DNA of 64,000 nucleotides from the human T2T-CHM13v2.0 reference genome, Homo sapiens (GCF_009914755.1 NC_060947.1); one strand, 5' to 3'. Counted from the stretch's first letter, positions 27,895-43,150 are shown. Made by a program: numbers and translations. Notes: generated from the letters alone by a model not told the origin.

Positions 27895-28830
27895 TTATAT
27901 ATTATGTATAATAGGTGTGTTATATATAATATATATTATAATAATGTAATATCTTAAATATTATTATAATATATAATACTTAAATACTATATGTAATATA
28001 TAGTATTTCAAATATGATATTATTATAATAAAACACAAATTGCATATTGTTTATTTCATATTATATATTAAATTGCCATTACTCTTAATGGCAGAAACCC
28101 CAATTACTTTTGCACCAACCTAATATGTACTATATAACTATATGATACATAACATACCATTGTATGTCTATGTATGTTATATGTAATATACTATGTAATA
28201 TATATTATATTCTATGTAATATATTATATACCATGTAATATATATTATAATTAAATATGTTATACGTAATATATATCATATACATAATATAATGTATATG
28301 TCATATATTATACAGTATAAGGTGTTATATATCATATAACATATGGTGTTATGTCTATGTATGTTATATACATTATATACTATGCAATTTATATTATATA
28401 CTATGTAGTATATTATATTATAATTATGTTATATGTAATATATATCATATACATTATATAATATATGATATGTCATATATTATATAGTGTTAGGTGTCAT
28501 ATATTACATAAGGTATAGTATTATAAATTATGTAATAGATAATATAGTTATATATTATATAAAATGATGTAAATTATATATAATATATAGTTATATTTTA
28601 TAAATATATCTTATATCATATATAACATTTTATATCATTTTATTATTATATTATTTATTTTATTATTATTTATACTATTTTATAGTATTTATATTATATA
28701 TTACACTTTATACATTTAAAATATTACATATTATTTATAGATAACATTAAATTTCAACAGCAATTTATTATATATAACGTACATATACAAATAATTGTAT
28801 ATAATACACAATATAATAAATAATGAAATT
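27895..28830. repeat. AT-rich low-complexity expansion with ~185-bp internal direct duplication
   Basis: TATGTCTATGTATGTTATAT at ~28163 and ~28350; ATATGTCATATATTATA twice. Confidence 0.88.
28073..28123. mobile_element. MADE1 (mariner MITE), partial
   Basis: TTGCCATTACTCTTAATGGCAGAAACCCCAATTACTTTTGCACCAACCTAA. Confidence 0.85.
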
Positions 28831-29099
28831 TTTATCAATAATGATGACTTCAAAACACAAAATCAAAATTGTTATCGGATGTGATGTCAAAAGGCTGTTG
28901 TTATTAAGCTCCGGATGGAATTGACCTATCTTATTGGGCACAGGTGGAAAGACAGAATGCATTTTCCTATTAATATTTAACCAAGATCTATTGTGCTTAT
29001 ATTTGAAGCAGCAATAGCACCAAGAGGACATGATCCCTGTCCTCGGAGTCACACATCATCCAAAAACTCACATAAAATAAGATACTGGGGATGAACTTA

Positions 29100-29305
<206 letters not shown>

Positions 29306-29925
29306 ATTAGTAATAATCACAAACCACATAGCGATGAGCTTCCTGGAATCCAAAGGAAAAAATGAGACATCTTCTGTGTTATGATTAATACAATTCTTTG
29401 GTAAGAAATTAAGCAAAGCTTTTCCAGTCATATCTGAGTCATTCATACCAAAAGCGTCTTCAACAGTACCCCCACAGAAAAGACAGGATCACAACTTAAA
29501 AGTGCAATCTGTTACAAATATTCTCATTTTAGAGCTCAGTGCACAATAAGAAAGTACTGCTCAGCAGTAGCAATTCTGTGGAGAACTACAGCAGAAGTGG
29601 TCTAAGAACTCAGCTTTTGGATGGTCCAGATTTTACTTTACTGTAAATAAAATCTATGCTATCCAGGACCATGAGTCCTTCAAAACATGCTCCTCCAATA
29701 GCGTGTCTCTCAAGTAATTGCATTTTAGGATCATATCGTCTGGCAGAAGCATGGACAACCTGCATTTTTCTGCGGTTGTTTAAGGGCATGTGCATCAACC
29801 CTAATGATCGAGGATGAGAAGAGCGTGGTTACAACCCTGCAAAGGAAGGTTCATGGCAGAATGGCTGCTGGGCTTCCCTCAGTGCAGCTAATATGTTTCT
29901 TAAAAATGAAAGTCCTCTACACTCC

Positions 29926-29937
29926 TATCTATCTATC

Positions 29938-29996
<59 letters not shown>

Positions 29997-30328
29997 ATCT
30001 ATCTACCTAATCTGTATTTCTATCTATATCTATCTCTGTATTTCTAGCTATATCTATCTATCTGTATTTCTATCTATCTATATCTGTATTTCTATCTATC
30101 TATCTGTGTTTCTATCCATCATCTATCATCTATCATGTTTTTATCTATCTTTCTATCATGTATCATCTATCTGTCTACCTATCACCTATTATCTCTCTAT
30201 CTTCTTTCTTTCTATTATGTATGTATCATCTATCTATTTTTTTCTGTCTCTGTTCTCTACGTCTATCTTTGTATTTCCATCTCCTATACACACACACGCA
30301 CACACACACACACATACACACACACACA
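29926..30328. repeat. (TATC)n microsatellite with degenerate extension, then (CA)n
   Basis: Long perfect TATC run at ~29941-29996; CA run 30287-30328. Confidence 0.93.
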
Positions 30329-30685
30329 TCAAATCTCCAATCTTCTGCTCCCTTGGGCAATATAGTTAGATAATTTTATTATAGGAAGTGTGTCCAAGGA
30401 AAACATAGAAGTCACTGGTCCCAACCACAGAAATATTTCTATCACAAAGAACATGGATTGAGCAATGCAGTCTCTTTGTGAAGAATGAGGATCCATTTTA
30501 TGCAAAAGATAACTTAAAATAGCCAGAACCACTGTATGGATTTCCTGTGCGTACACTCATTTCATCTTGGTGACCATCTGCTAAAAATAATTATATGTAT
30601 TCTCAAAATTTTATCAGAAGCCACTGTTAGGACAATGGCTTCATTGTAGGAAACACTGTCCATTGATTCATCACTTAATTATAGT

Positions 30686-31449
<764 letters not shown>

Positions 31450-32232
31450 TAATATACTCTTGGGGTGTGTTTGTTGTTGTAATACTCTGAGTGTTGGAGA
31501 AGGTACAGAATTATTCACCTCCTCTCTCTTACCTGCTGTGGAAACAGGGATTCTGACCCCTGGGCTATTTCCCATGGTGACATCAATTAATTTCGGCCTC
31601 AACTCCTAAAAGGAGCCGGAACAGTTTAGTACGTGTCAGATAGTATTGGATGACCACATCACCAGCTCAATAAAGAGCCAAATTTAGCCATGACAAAAAA
31701 CTGGTGAATCTCACAGAGGCAAGTATGAAAAGACTCATTGCAATGGGTTTAACAAGAAGGTGACTCTACTGTAAATTCCCACTCACTCAAAATTCCTGTG
31801 ATTGGGAAGCTCATGCAGGTGAAATTTGTCTTCTGTCCTTCATCTGAAAGAACAATTAAACAAATCCCAAGAATCTGCTTAAAAGGTGTGTTGCAGGCAT
31901 TCTACACAACCATTATAAGGTTGAGTAGAATTAAGTATCCAATGCAATGGACACCTATAATGATCATTCTGAGTTACTGTGAGATAGTGTATAGAACAAT
32001 AACAAATTTGAACACAATTAAATATAAAAGTAAATATGTGCAATAGTGACTCGAGCTGGGTATAATGTAACCATGATTTGGAAATAGCACATCTGTAATG
32101 AAAGAAACAGAAGATTCTATGTCTCTGCTCCATCTCTTATAGCTATAGCTTCTTCCTGAAGAAACTCTCATGTGGTTTTCATATGAAAAATGATAAGAGC
32201 AGAATATTTGAACTTTCTTAGCTAATATGCTC

Positions 32233-32690
32233 AATGGATGAATGAATAGATAGAGAGATAGATGATGGATAGATAGATTAGATAGATAATTGATAGCCGA
32301 TAGATAGATAGATAATAGATGGATAGGTAGGTAGATGATAGAGATGAGATTTTGATAGGTAGGAAAGTAGGTAGATGATGGATGAGTAGATAGATAAGCG
32401 ATGGATTGATAAAGGTAGAAGACATAGATGATGATAGATGATAGATGGATGTAGATGAATAGAGAGATGATAGATGAGACAGATGATAGACACATAAGAT
32501 AACAGATAAATGGATAAGATGAGATAAATGGATAGATAATAAATAGATACATAGATGGATACAGAGAGACATGAGAGTTGAATAGGTAGGGAAGTAGTTA
32601 CATAGAAAGCTTGATAGATGGATGAGTAGATAGATGGATAAAAATGGAAGAGATAGAGATAGATACGAGATAGACAATGATAGCTAAACT
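32233..32690. repeat. Degenerate (TAGA/TGGA)n expansion
   Basis: GATA/GATG motifs throughout. Confidence 0.9.
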
Positions 32691-33063
32691 AATAAATCTA
32701 ATAGCTATTACATATGATATGAATTCATACTTACATCCACACAGTTGAGGTTTGCGTGTAGAGGAATAGTTAGATGTTAGCAATTTGTACTGAATTACAA
32801 TTGTACTTTGTGTATTTAAGTGTCATAAGCCAAATTCTAAATAACCTAATCCTTTTAAAATTCTCAATTCACCAGAATCCTGAGTTAAAAAGAACTCACA
32901 ACCCTCCAATTCCAAATAATTTCTCGAGAGTAATGATGCAGTTGAGAGAAACCCCCAGCCTCTGTGAGAGAGGAAACTTCTCCACTGCGTTCCCTGGAAA
33001 TAGGCACTCTTTGGGGCTCTCATTTGCCTCGAACTAATGATTTTGTTCTCTTTGTTTGCTTAT

Positions 33064-33272
33064 GGGGGAAACAACTATGTTATAAATCAATGAGTTTTAG
33101 CTTTGTGCGCTGAATCTGGAGATCCGACACTTTTGGAAAATTATTTTTGAAGCTGACCTCACTCATCTGTGCCGGCCTTGGCAGAGGCTGTGGTTAGATG
33201 CTGGTTCTGCTCACATAGATATGCCACATGGAAAAAAATAAAAGTACTTTCAACAAACCGAGAAGCGGTGAC
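33064..33272. repeat. Inverted repeat arm (donor), pairs with 34720-34932
   Basis: Reverse-complement match, e.g. AAAGTACTTTCAACAAACCGAG and GCCGGCCTTGGCAGAGGCTGTGG. Confidence 0.92.
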
Positions 33273-33526
33273 CCAGACATAAAGAATGAGCATTTGTTTC
33301 CAGTGTCCGCTGGTGACTCACTTCACTCTGTCATTGGTCAGAGCCTTCCCGTTCTGAGGCACAGCCCTGGCAAAGGCGGGGTTCTGGAAGGACAGGGCTT
33401 GCCTGGGAGATAATGATTCAGGAATCAGACAGGGGGGCGGGTGTTCGGTAATTGTATCACTCCACCCTCAGCGTGAGTTAGAAGAGGATTGCACTCCAAC
33501 TTCTGCTGCAGGTCTTCATTCTCTGC

Positions 33527-33566
<40 letters not shown>

Positions 33567-33839
33567 TGTTACTCTGTCGCTCAGGAGTGCAGTGGCACGA
33601 TCTCAGCTCACTGCAGCTTTGACCTCCTAGGGTCAAGCTATCCTCCCGCCTCAGCCTCCGGACCAGCTGAGACTACAGGCGCAAACCATCATATGCCTGG
33701 CTAATTGATTTGCATTTTTTGTAGAGACAGGGTTTTGTTACGTTGCCCAGGCTGATCTCGAACCCCTAAGCTCAAGCAATCTACATGCATCGGCCTCCCA
33801 AAATGCTGTGATTACAGGCATGAGTCACCACACCCGGCC
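33527..33839 (-). mobile_element. AluJ with (TG)n(AG)n-converted tail
   Basis: Antisense Alu preceded by TG/AG dinucleotides. Confidence 0.85.
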
Positions 33840-33989
33840 ACCATTCTCTGCTTTTCACTTGAGTAAATGCATTTACAAGCAAGGGTGAGCTCTGACAAAG
33901 AAAGCTCTTGCCCAATTCCACAAACAGAAAAAGGATGAGGGATGAGTATTCAGGATACTGAGTATCTTGAATATAGTGGAACATCTGGG

Positions 33990-34293
33990 TTTTGGTTTTT
34001 TGTTTTTGAGACAGAGTCTTGCTCTGTTGTCCAGGCTAGAATGCAGTGATATAATCCCAGCTCATTGTAGCCTCGACCTCGTGGACTCAAGTGATCCTCC
34101 CACCTCAGCCTCCCGAGTAGATGGAACTGCAGGTGTGCAGCAGCACACCCGGCTATTTTATTTTTTAAATTTTTGTAGAGACGGGGTCTTACTATGTTGC
34201 CTAGGCTGGTCTCAAACTCCTGGGCTCAAGCTATCCTCCTGCCTTGGCTTCCCAAAGTGCTGGGTTTACAGGCATGAGCCACCACTCCCAGAC
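33990..34293 (-). mobile_element. AluJ
   Basis: Antisense diverged dimer. Confidence 0.87.
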
Positions 34294-34341
34294 CTGGTTT
34301 TTTCTAATATCCTTTCCTTTGACACTCATTTGTTAGGGGAA

Positions 34342-35070
34342 TGCATTTATTCCTTAGGGCTGCGGTAACAAATTGCCACCAATGTAGGGGCTTCCAACAA
34401 CACACATATTGAACCTGCCATTACTTTCGCACCAACCTAGTACATACTCTCACGGTTCTGGAAGTTGGAAGTCCTGAATCAATACTACCAAGCTGAAGTC
34501 AAGGTTATCTCCATGGTTGTGCTCCCTTGGAAAGCCTGTGGGGAGGATCCTTCCTTACCTCCTCCAGCTTCTGGCGGCTCCATCGTCATCACTCCGATCC
34601 TCAAGGCCAGCCTCTCTGAATTCTCTCTGTGCTCCATCTCGCACCATCTTCTCCTCTGTGGGTGTGTCAGGTCTCCTTGTGTCTTCTTCACATTAGGATC
34701 CATGTCTGGCAATTTAGGAGTCACCACTGCTCGGTTTGTTGAAAGTACTTTTACTTTTTTTCCATCTGGCATATCTAGTTGAGTGGAACCAGCATCTCCC
34801 CCACAGCCTCTGCCAAGGCCGGCCCAGATGAGTGAGGTCAGTCCCCCAAAAATAATTTTGCAAATGTGTCAGATCTCTAGATTCAGTGCACAAAGCCACA
34901 ACTCATTTATTAATCATCTAGTTGTTTCCCCCTACAGGCAGGATTATCTGCCCATCTCAAGATTTGTACCTTACACACATCTGCAAAAATTCTTTTTTCC
35001 AAATAAGGTTCCATTCACAGGGTGTAGAGAGGAACAGCTGATCTGTTTGGGGAACATTATTCAGACTATG
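34342..35070 (-). mobile_element. MLT1D-like LTR interrupted by a MADE1 remnant (~34412-34442) and an inverted local copy (34720-34932)
   Basis: TTAGGGCTGCGGTAACAAATT start; resumes CAGGATTATCTGCCCATCTCAAGAT after the insert. Confidence 0.75.
34720..34932 (-). repeat. Inverted copy of 33064-33272 inserted in MLT1
   Basis: Roughly 85% identical reverse complement by eye. Confidence 0.92.
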
Positions 35071-35105
35071 GCTGGGAATGGGATGTCGCCATTTTGGAAG
35101 GATGC

Positions 35106-35315
35106 ATTTTTCAAAAACAATTTCAACTTTTATTTCAGATTCAGGGGATATTTGTGCAGGTTTTTTTCCTGGGTACATTGAGTGATGCTGAGGTCTGGGG
35201 TATAACTGATGCTGTCACCCACGTAGTGAGCATTAGCACCCACTAAGTACTTTTTCAACCCTTGCTGCTATCCCTCCCTCCCTGCTCTAGTAATCCCTGG
35301 TGTCTCTTGTTGCCA
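35106..35315 (-). mobile_element. Older L1PA 3' tip
   Basis: TTCAACTTTTATTTCAGATTCAGGGGATATTTGTGCAGG motif. Confidence 0.75.
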
Positions 35316-37580
35316 GGAACGATGAATTTTTAAATTGATGTCTGTCCCAAGTATCCCTGGGAAAGACTGGGAGTGTGGTTACATTGTGGTCAGCAGTGTA
35401 ATGCTGTTTCTCTGCTGGAAAATAAAGAAGTGGTGTTAAAACTGAAAGAGATCTTGGGAATCTTCCCCTTAGAGCTTACAAATATCTCAGCCAGGTCCTT
35501 GGGAGGTCAGAAGGACCGAATGGGGCCAACCCCCACCCCACCAGCATCTCCTCCACCCATGCTGCCTGACCAAGAGAAAATTAAATTATCTTTTACTGTA
35601 GCCAAATTCTCGTCAATTATCCTCTCTTCCATGTTTGTTCTGTTCTTCCCCCTCCTGGAAGACAGAATGAGCCTTTACTGCATGTGAATTGTTGGCTTTC
35701 TTGCCAGCCCAGGTCCTGACCCATGGGCTGTGCTTGAGGAGCCTTTGGATTCTTTTGCAGGAGGACAGCCATACCAGCTTGAAGTAGACCCCACTCAAGA
35801 GGCAAAAGACTCCTGAACAAGCTCATATTCAAGTGGTTCCAAAGTACTAATGTATAAGGGGAAAAAAAAGCAAATCTCAGCTCTCCAAGTAGAGAAAGAA
35901 TGTTTTACAGCTATTTAAGCATCGGTAACAAGAAACCCTTGACATAACTAGCTTCTCCCAAACGAGCAAATAAGTACTCTTACTAATGTAAGAAACATGA
36001 ATAAACACGAGAGAATTCCAACAAAACTCAAGGGGATCAACTTTTTTCTTTAACTTTTCACATCTGGAGCTTTCAAATTCTGTCAATTTAGCATCTAAAA
36101 AAAATAATTGACACATGTTCAGCATATCCGTATGCAATCAAGGTGCTGCCATTAAACATCATATGATTCTTTTCATAGCTTGATAAAAATAAATTATATG
36201 ATAGCGTGGGGGCATTTGAGATAGACTGTATGAATTCCCTTTGTATTAATGTTTTCTATATTTTTCATATTTCCAGATAGTTTCCCCCAATGACATTGGT
36301 AATTCTGTTTTGTTTTGTTTTTTAAATGATAAAGAGAGTTTAGCTTACACCCTTAGGTCTCAGCAAACTCCCTTGGTGATGGTGAGAGAAACTTTCCATC
36401 ATTAACAAAAAACATATGCTGAGGTTTAGATGACATCAATCCGATTCCTGTGGAATGATGGGATTTGGGAGTTCAGTGCAGTTAGACAAAAAAAAAGAGA
36501 GAGAGAGAGAGAGCCTTACAGTTTACTCAGAACCATAATTTACATCAAGGGGAACAGAGAGAAGAGAATAAAAGACCATTAATAAGAATCTCTTTTCATT
36601 ATGTCAGGGGACATGAGGCAATAACTAATAAGAACTGAGACAGCTTATATGTATGGTGTTATTGTGATGGAATGTGTAGCATCACCCATGGCAAGCCACA
36701 TTCATCTTAGATACAAGGCTATTTTCATATCCTCAGGGGAATCGTTATCTCCAGGGTGTTGGGTTCATTCCTCCCTCCCAAAACCCTGCTCCGCTCACCC
36801 ATTCTAATCTCCCTGTTGGCCTCTTCGTTGGTCATGTCTTGACCACAGACACCACCTGACTAGGCTAACACTCATGTTCTCCTCCTCCTGCTCACTCTCT
36901 CTTCTCCTTTTCTTTCAACAACTTTACATGAATCAAAGATGCCAGATGGTGCTAGACATTTTTAGAAGGAAAAAAAAACACATGGAAGATGTTCTCAAAC
37001 TTTCCTGCCTTCACTAAGAAGTTTTCTCTTAACTTGCTCTTTCCCAAAAGCTATCGTCTACTCTCTCTTCTTCCCGTCACTACCAAATATCTTCACCCAT
37101 AGTCTACGCTCATTTTCTCCCATGGGTTATGGCTCCCGCCGTCTTCATTACTCTGTGATGCTGCCCTTGGAAACATGGTTGAGATCTCATTTCCAACCCA
37201 GGAACTCATTCTCAAGAGTTTATCTTCTTTGGGCTTCTGCCTTGTCTCTCTCTTCTGAAATTTATTCTGAAACCTCCCCTGGTTTCCACAGTGTCCTCCT
37301 TTCCTCTTCCTGGTAGCACTCATACTTCCCATATCTATCATTATATTTTATTGTTTTCTCTCCTCCACATACCCATATTTGTAAGAGTTTACACTTGGTC
37401 CCTTTCTTTTTCTCTGAGACCTCATCTACTTCTGCTCCATTAAATATCTCCCATACACACATGGCTCCCCGGGTCTTTAGCCTTTCCCTGGTGAGACTCA
37501 AATTGTCATTGATCTACTGAATTTGTTTACTTGGATGCCTCTATTTAACTCAAACTCATATTTCTTAGCCCCTCACCTCA

Positions 37581-38008
37581 TCTTAGTCAATTTTATGCTG
37601 CATCACAAATTACCACAGACTGGTTAACTTATGAAGCAAAGAAATTTATTCTCTCACAGTTCTGGAGTCTGGGAAGTCCAAAAACAAGGTACCATGGGTC
37701 AGGACTTATTCTCCTAGAGTCTACAGAATGCTGCCTTGAATGCTGGGCCTTCCAGAGGGGAGAAAGGTTGTGTCTTCGTGTAGCAAAGGAACATGGGGGC
37801 TTGTTGTGGGGAGAGACAGAGGAAGAGAGAGAGAGGAGAACCCACTCCCACCCAAGCTCTTCTTCTGGCTGCTTTAATGCACTCATGAGGTGGAGCCCTC
37901 ATGACCTAAACACCTCCCATTAGTCTCCGCCTCCCAAAACTGTTGCATTGGAAGTTATGTATCCAACACATGCATTTTGGAGGGGACAAAAACCTTCAAA
38001 CCATAGCA
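37581..38008 (-). mobile_element. MST-family MaLR LTR
   Basis: TCTTAGTC...CACAGTTCTGGAGTCTGGGAAGTCCAA...CAAACCATAGCA. Confidence 0.8.
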
Positions 38009-38630
38009 TTCCCTTCATCCCCACTGCACCACCATTACATGTCATATCTCAAGGAGTCACTATCTGTTTATCCAAATGAGAAATCATGGCCACATTTTTT
38101 AGCTTCCATGTCCAATCGTTATCCTCACATCAGACCTGGCAAAATGTTCCACCAAGTCTGTGGATAACTTCCCTCTCCAATCTTTCCCTTTCTCCTTAGT
38201 CCCTCTGCTGTTTTCCTGGTTCAAATCATCATCTCTCTGAAGGCTAAGACAGACACTGGTAACTCCCATTCTCTCCTTTGTATTTTTTGTCATGGAGTGT
38301 CCCCCCACCGGCCAAAGTTTTTGCTGGGCACGTCTGCCTCTGTAGGGATACCTTTCCGCAGCCTCCCTTGCAGGTAGTGGCAGAATGTGACCAAGTGTAT
38401 CAGTGAGCTATGAGAAGAATGGGCTGGCCCTCTGCTGCCCTTTTTTTTTTTTTTTTTTACTTTCCTGAGGGCTAGTTCCTGTAGATATTGTTTGCTGAGC
38501 ATGTATAACACTCTTTGGTATAGCAAAGACAGCAATGAGAGCTAGGTTCCCTGAAAAGACTTTCCTGTGTACCTACTAAGCCACATCGGACCTATACTTA
38601 GAAACAAATTTATCTCTCATTGGAAGCTTA

Positions 38631-39180
38631 TATCACCATCATCATCATCACCTTCACCATCATCATCACCATCACCATCACCATCATCATGACTATCATC
38701 ACCAACACCATCATCACCATCACCATCACCACCATCACCATCACCATCACCACCATCACCATCACCACCACCATCACCATCACCACCATCACCACCATCA
38801 CCATCACCACCATCACCACCACCATCACCATCACTATCACCACTACCACCATCACCACCACCACCATCACCATCACCATCACCACCACCACCATCACCAC
38901 CACCACCATCACCACCACCACCATCACCATCACCATCATCACCACCACCATCACCACCATCACCATCACCATCACCACCATCACCATCACCACCACCACC
39001 ACCATCACCATCACCACCACCACCATCACCACCACCACCATCATCATCACCATCACCACCATCACCATCACCATCACCACCATCACCGTCACCATCATGG
39101 TCATCACCATCATCATGACTATCATCACCAACACCATCATCACCATCACCATCACCATCACCATCGCCATCATCATCATC
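38631..39180. repeat. (CAT/CAC)n trinucleotide expansion, ~550 bp
   Basis: About 180 nearly uninterrupted CAY triplets. Confidence 0.97.
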
Positions 39181-39184
39181 TAAA

Positions 39185-39505
39185 TTTTCTACTTTATTTA
39201 GGTCTCTTTGGTTTTCCCCAATATCCTCTTTCTGTTCCAGCATCTTCCAAGATCTTACGTTACATTTAGTTATGACATCTCTTTATGCTCCTCTTGGATG
39301 AGACATTTTCTTAGACATTCCTTGTTTTTGATGACCTTGACAGTATTGAAGACACTTGGCAAGTATTTTCTAGGATATCCCTCAGTTAGGATCTGTCAGT
39401 TTTTTTTTTTTTTTTCATGATCAGACTGGGCTTACAGGTTTTGGTGAGGAAAACCACGGAAGTAAAATGCCACGTTCATTGTATCATATCAAGAGTGCCT
39501 TCAAG
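39185..39505 (-). mobile_element. Old L1M fragment
   Basis: TCCTTGTTTTTGATGACCTTGACAGT...AAAACCACGGAAGTAAAATGCC motifs. Confidence 0.6.
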
Positions 39506-41404
39506 AACCTACCAGCGGGGATTATGGCAATGGACCATAAAAGTTGTCATTGGCAGTTTCCAAATTAAGGTTCTCTCCTTTTCTTTTCTTTTTGGCTTGT
39601 TCTGCCCGTCATTAGCCAACGCATTAAGATTGCGGTATATGTCACCACCTAGATTTAACTGCATTTGGAGAATTAAGGTAGAGGCTTATGTCATATTTTG
39701 GATGCTGTGTATTGATATCATAAGTACTAGTGAAGGCACCCACAAGGAATAAACTTTTCCCCAGTGTCTAAGTTAGACTCAAATCATATTGTTTGGGCAT
39801 TAACACAAAGGGTAAGCCCTGAAGAATAAGGAGGAGGAGAAAAGGGAGAAGGAAAAGAGGAAAAGCAGGAGATGAAGGTAGAGGAGGAAAGAGAAGGAAG
39901 AAGAGGAGAAAGAGTAAGGAAAAAGGGAGAAAGATAAAAATGTTAAGGTCACTCTCCCCATAATGGATTAGACACAAAACCTTGTTCCACAGAAGGGTAA
40001 GTCTGGAAAGAATTGAAGAACCACAGCTCAGTTTTGCAAAGGGAAAGGGTATGAACCCAAGTAGAGACAGGACAAGTTTGCTCTGTGTTTGACTTGTTTT
40101 CAACACCATTCCACCCATGAATGCCACCATGCGCTTGCTTCAATGTCAGGTTGAGGAATCAGTCTAAGCAAACTTCCTTCATACTTTCTACTATCAGCCC
40201 AACCATAGGCAGATTATCTACAGTTATTCATTCAACATTTATCTTATTGGCAAGTCTCCTTCCTGCCTTCCTCCTACCTTGCACAATATTGAATCTCTGC
40301 ATTTCTATTTCCCAGTTACATTTTGATTTTTCAGCAAGATCCATACATCCAGGCATCGATGTGAGTTGTCAGCAGGTAGTGGGGGCAGAGTGGATGCTGA
40401 AAGGCCCCAGAGCTCCTTAAAGCTGAGTCCCTTTGCTTGCCAAAATGCTCTCATATCCTGTTTTGCATGCCACGTGTTAGACAGTACATTCCATCCAGTG
40501 GAGATACAGCTGCTTGTATCATTGCAAACCAGCTAAAGACACGCAGCCCCGGCTTCTGCAGAAATTGGCTAGGATGCGAGTTAAATTGTCCCAATTTGCT
40601 AATGAACATACAGAAGGAAAAAATCTTTTCAGCTTGGCTGGTTAGTTGCAAAATATGTCATTTTCTCATTCACATAATTGTTGGGCATGATCAAGTGGAA
40701 AATGCAACTATTTTTAAGGTACTCTTTTGCCATATAATGGTGACTCTTTAAGGGTACACATCAGGAAGATCCATCTGGGAATTTTTTTTACTAGGTAGTT
40801 AAGATTTTCTCCCCTCCCCCAGACCTACTGAAAAAGGATAGGGTGCATGAATTTTGATAATGTTCTCCCTGGGATTTTGATTTCTAATCCTGGATAAGAG
40901 CTCTGCTTGAAAGAAGTGGGGTGATTGGGTTTAGGGCTGCTTCCAACACTGAAGTTTAGGATTCTATGAAGCTTTAAATTTGGATGGAGTGAAGAAAAAC
41001 CCAGACATCCATTAATGTTAATAAACAGCTGCACATTAGGAAAGTAGATACACTCATAAACTAAAATATCTCTTTATTTTTGTTTCCTGGCATGAGTGCA
41101 TTCACCTCAGAAACAGTCTCTATGGAAGCGGCCAACATGTAGTCCCTACTGTGTTTATCCAGCCCACTTCCTCCTCCTACTCTCCAAATATCTTTTGCAT
41201 TACTCTCCTCAACCCACTAAGTGATTTCTGCTCATCTCTCTTTCTGCTCAACTTCAAAAAAGAACATTTTATATTGGATTATGGTGATCAGAGAACCCGT
41301 AAAGACCTTATGGTCTTATAGCACATGTTTGGCATCATTACTATCATTACATAGGCCTGATGTTTCTGTAGATGAGTATCTATAGCTATAGATAGAGCTA
41401 TAGA

Positions 41405-41876
41405 TGACCAAACAATCAATGAGCTCGCTGCTCAATGCACATAGAGACTAATACCATGACACTGGCTTTTGACAAAAGAAAAGCTTTATCGTGAGTCAGC
41501 TGGCAAAGAGACAGGAGGTAATGCTCAAATCTGTCTCTGTGAGCTGGGCTTTGGGTCAGGTTTTATAAGCACAAGGTAATTAGACAAGATCTAATTGGAC
41601 CTTGCAATGAAGTGATGCCATGAGGCATGATCTGATTGGATCTTGCCATAGGGTGACAACAGGGTTCAATCTGATTGGATCCTGAATCTTGACACGTGGT
41701 GTCTGCTTCTTAGTTCAGTCCCTGCTCCTCAGTTAGCTTTCTCTCAAGTTGCATGCTTGGTTCATCTGGGCACATTCAGGTTACATGATCCTCAATGTGG
41801 GGGTTCATGGCAACTGAAGAACAAATCACAATTTTGCTACATGAAAGTTGAGCCAGATTTGTCTGATGTCGTTTAT
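41405..41876 (-). mobile_element. ERV1 (MER4-group, MER89/90-like) LTR
   Basis: AAAAGCTTTAT...GAGACAGGAGG...CTCAAATCTGTCTC and repeated ATCTGATTGGATC (CCAAT) boxes. Confidence 0.6.
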
Positions 41877-42285
41877 ATATATAATAATATGTACAGACAC
41901 ACACACACAGTTTCATGTTACTTAATTGGTCACTTCTTAGGTGTCATTTTTTTCAGTTCACAAACCGTAAAAAATTATAAACTTAATAAGGATGTCCATT
42001 GAATAAAGACAGCACTTTTAGCTCTCAGACATTAGGAATAGCATGCATTTTATATAAGTTTAACAAAGAAACAGAATAACTTGGACTGTCTACCATTACT
42101 AGAAAACCAGAGAGATCAAGGAAGTAGAGTGCAAGAATGTTATCTGGACATCCACCGAGGGTGGCCAACCATCTAGTTGACTCAGAACTTAGGGGTTCAG
42201 TGCTGAACACACCCTGGGATGTGGACATTCAAGCTAAAACCAAGAAAACCACAGGCAAACCAGTGTAAGCCGGCCACCATACTTA

Positions 42286-42635
42286 TGCTTCCGGTCAAGA
42301 TGGAGTAACAAAAACAGAGTTTTCCCTCCAGCCTCAAATGACCAAAAAGTAAAGAGTCAACCATTTAAGGGAGAACTATTTTCAAGACTGGATACCAGGC
42401 AGTTAAGGATAGTGATTCTCAAAAGAAGATTAATTTTTAAAATAAAGGGAAAATAAATAAATTTTCAAAAGAGAAAAAAAAAAAAGGACGGTGATTCTCT
42501 AGAAGCAGAAAAACAAAGTGAGACCTATGGTGGCCCCAGCTCACTGCCTTGAGAGCATTTCCAGGCTATGACTGGAAGGCAGAAACTAAGAGAAGCCTGG
42601 AAAACTCCCCGAGTTGAGGAGATGGAGCTGAGAGA
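42286..42635 (+). mobile_element. Old L1M 5'-region fragment
   Basis: CTTCCGGTCAAGATGGAGTAACA start motif. Confidence 0.4.
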
Positions 42636-42877
42636 ACAGCCCAATCATAAATCAACCTACTAGAAAGCATCTCGCCATCAGAATTGTCAAAACATCAAAG
42701 CGGCATACCTTTGCGATAAGAGATTCTGGAAATTTTCAAACACAGTTGGGTCAACTCTTGCTTCTATCCCTTGAAACCCTAATGTAAGATGTTTGGAGTG
42801 TGTGTCGGGCTGTTTTCTATTTAATGCAAAACTTTGAGCCAGCTCAAACACTGTCAGATTTACACTATTGAGTTTTA

Positions 42878-43150
<273 letters not shown>

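Noticed and set aside
38617-39243. 208-aa Gly/Asp-rich ORF and overlapping ORFs
   Set aside because: Stop-free only because of the CAY triplet repeat.
41377-41394. Perfect 18-bp palindrome TATCTATAGCTATAGATA
   Set aside because: Low-complexity TATC/GATA context with no evidence of function.
42158-42280. Possible MER81/MER94-like hAT relic
   Set aside because: Only weak terminal similarity, too degenerate to call.
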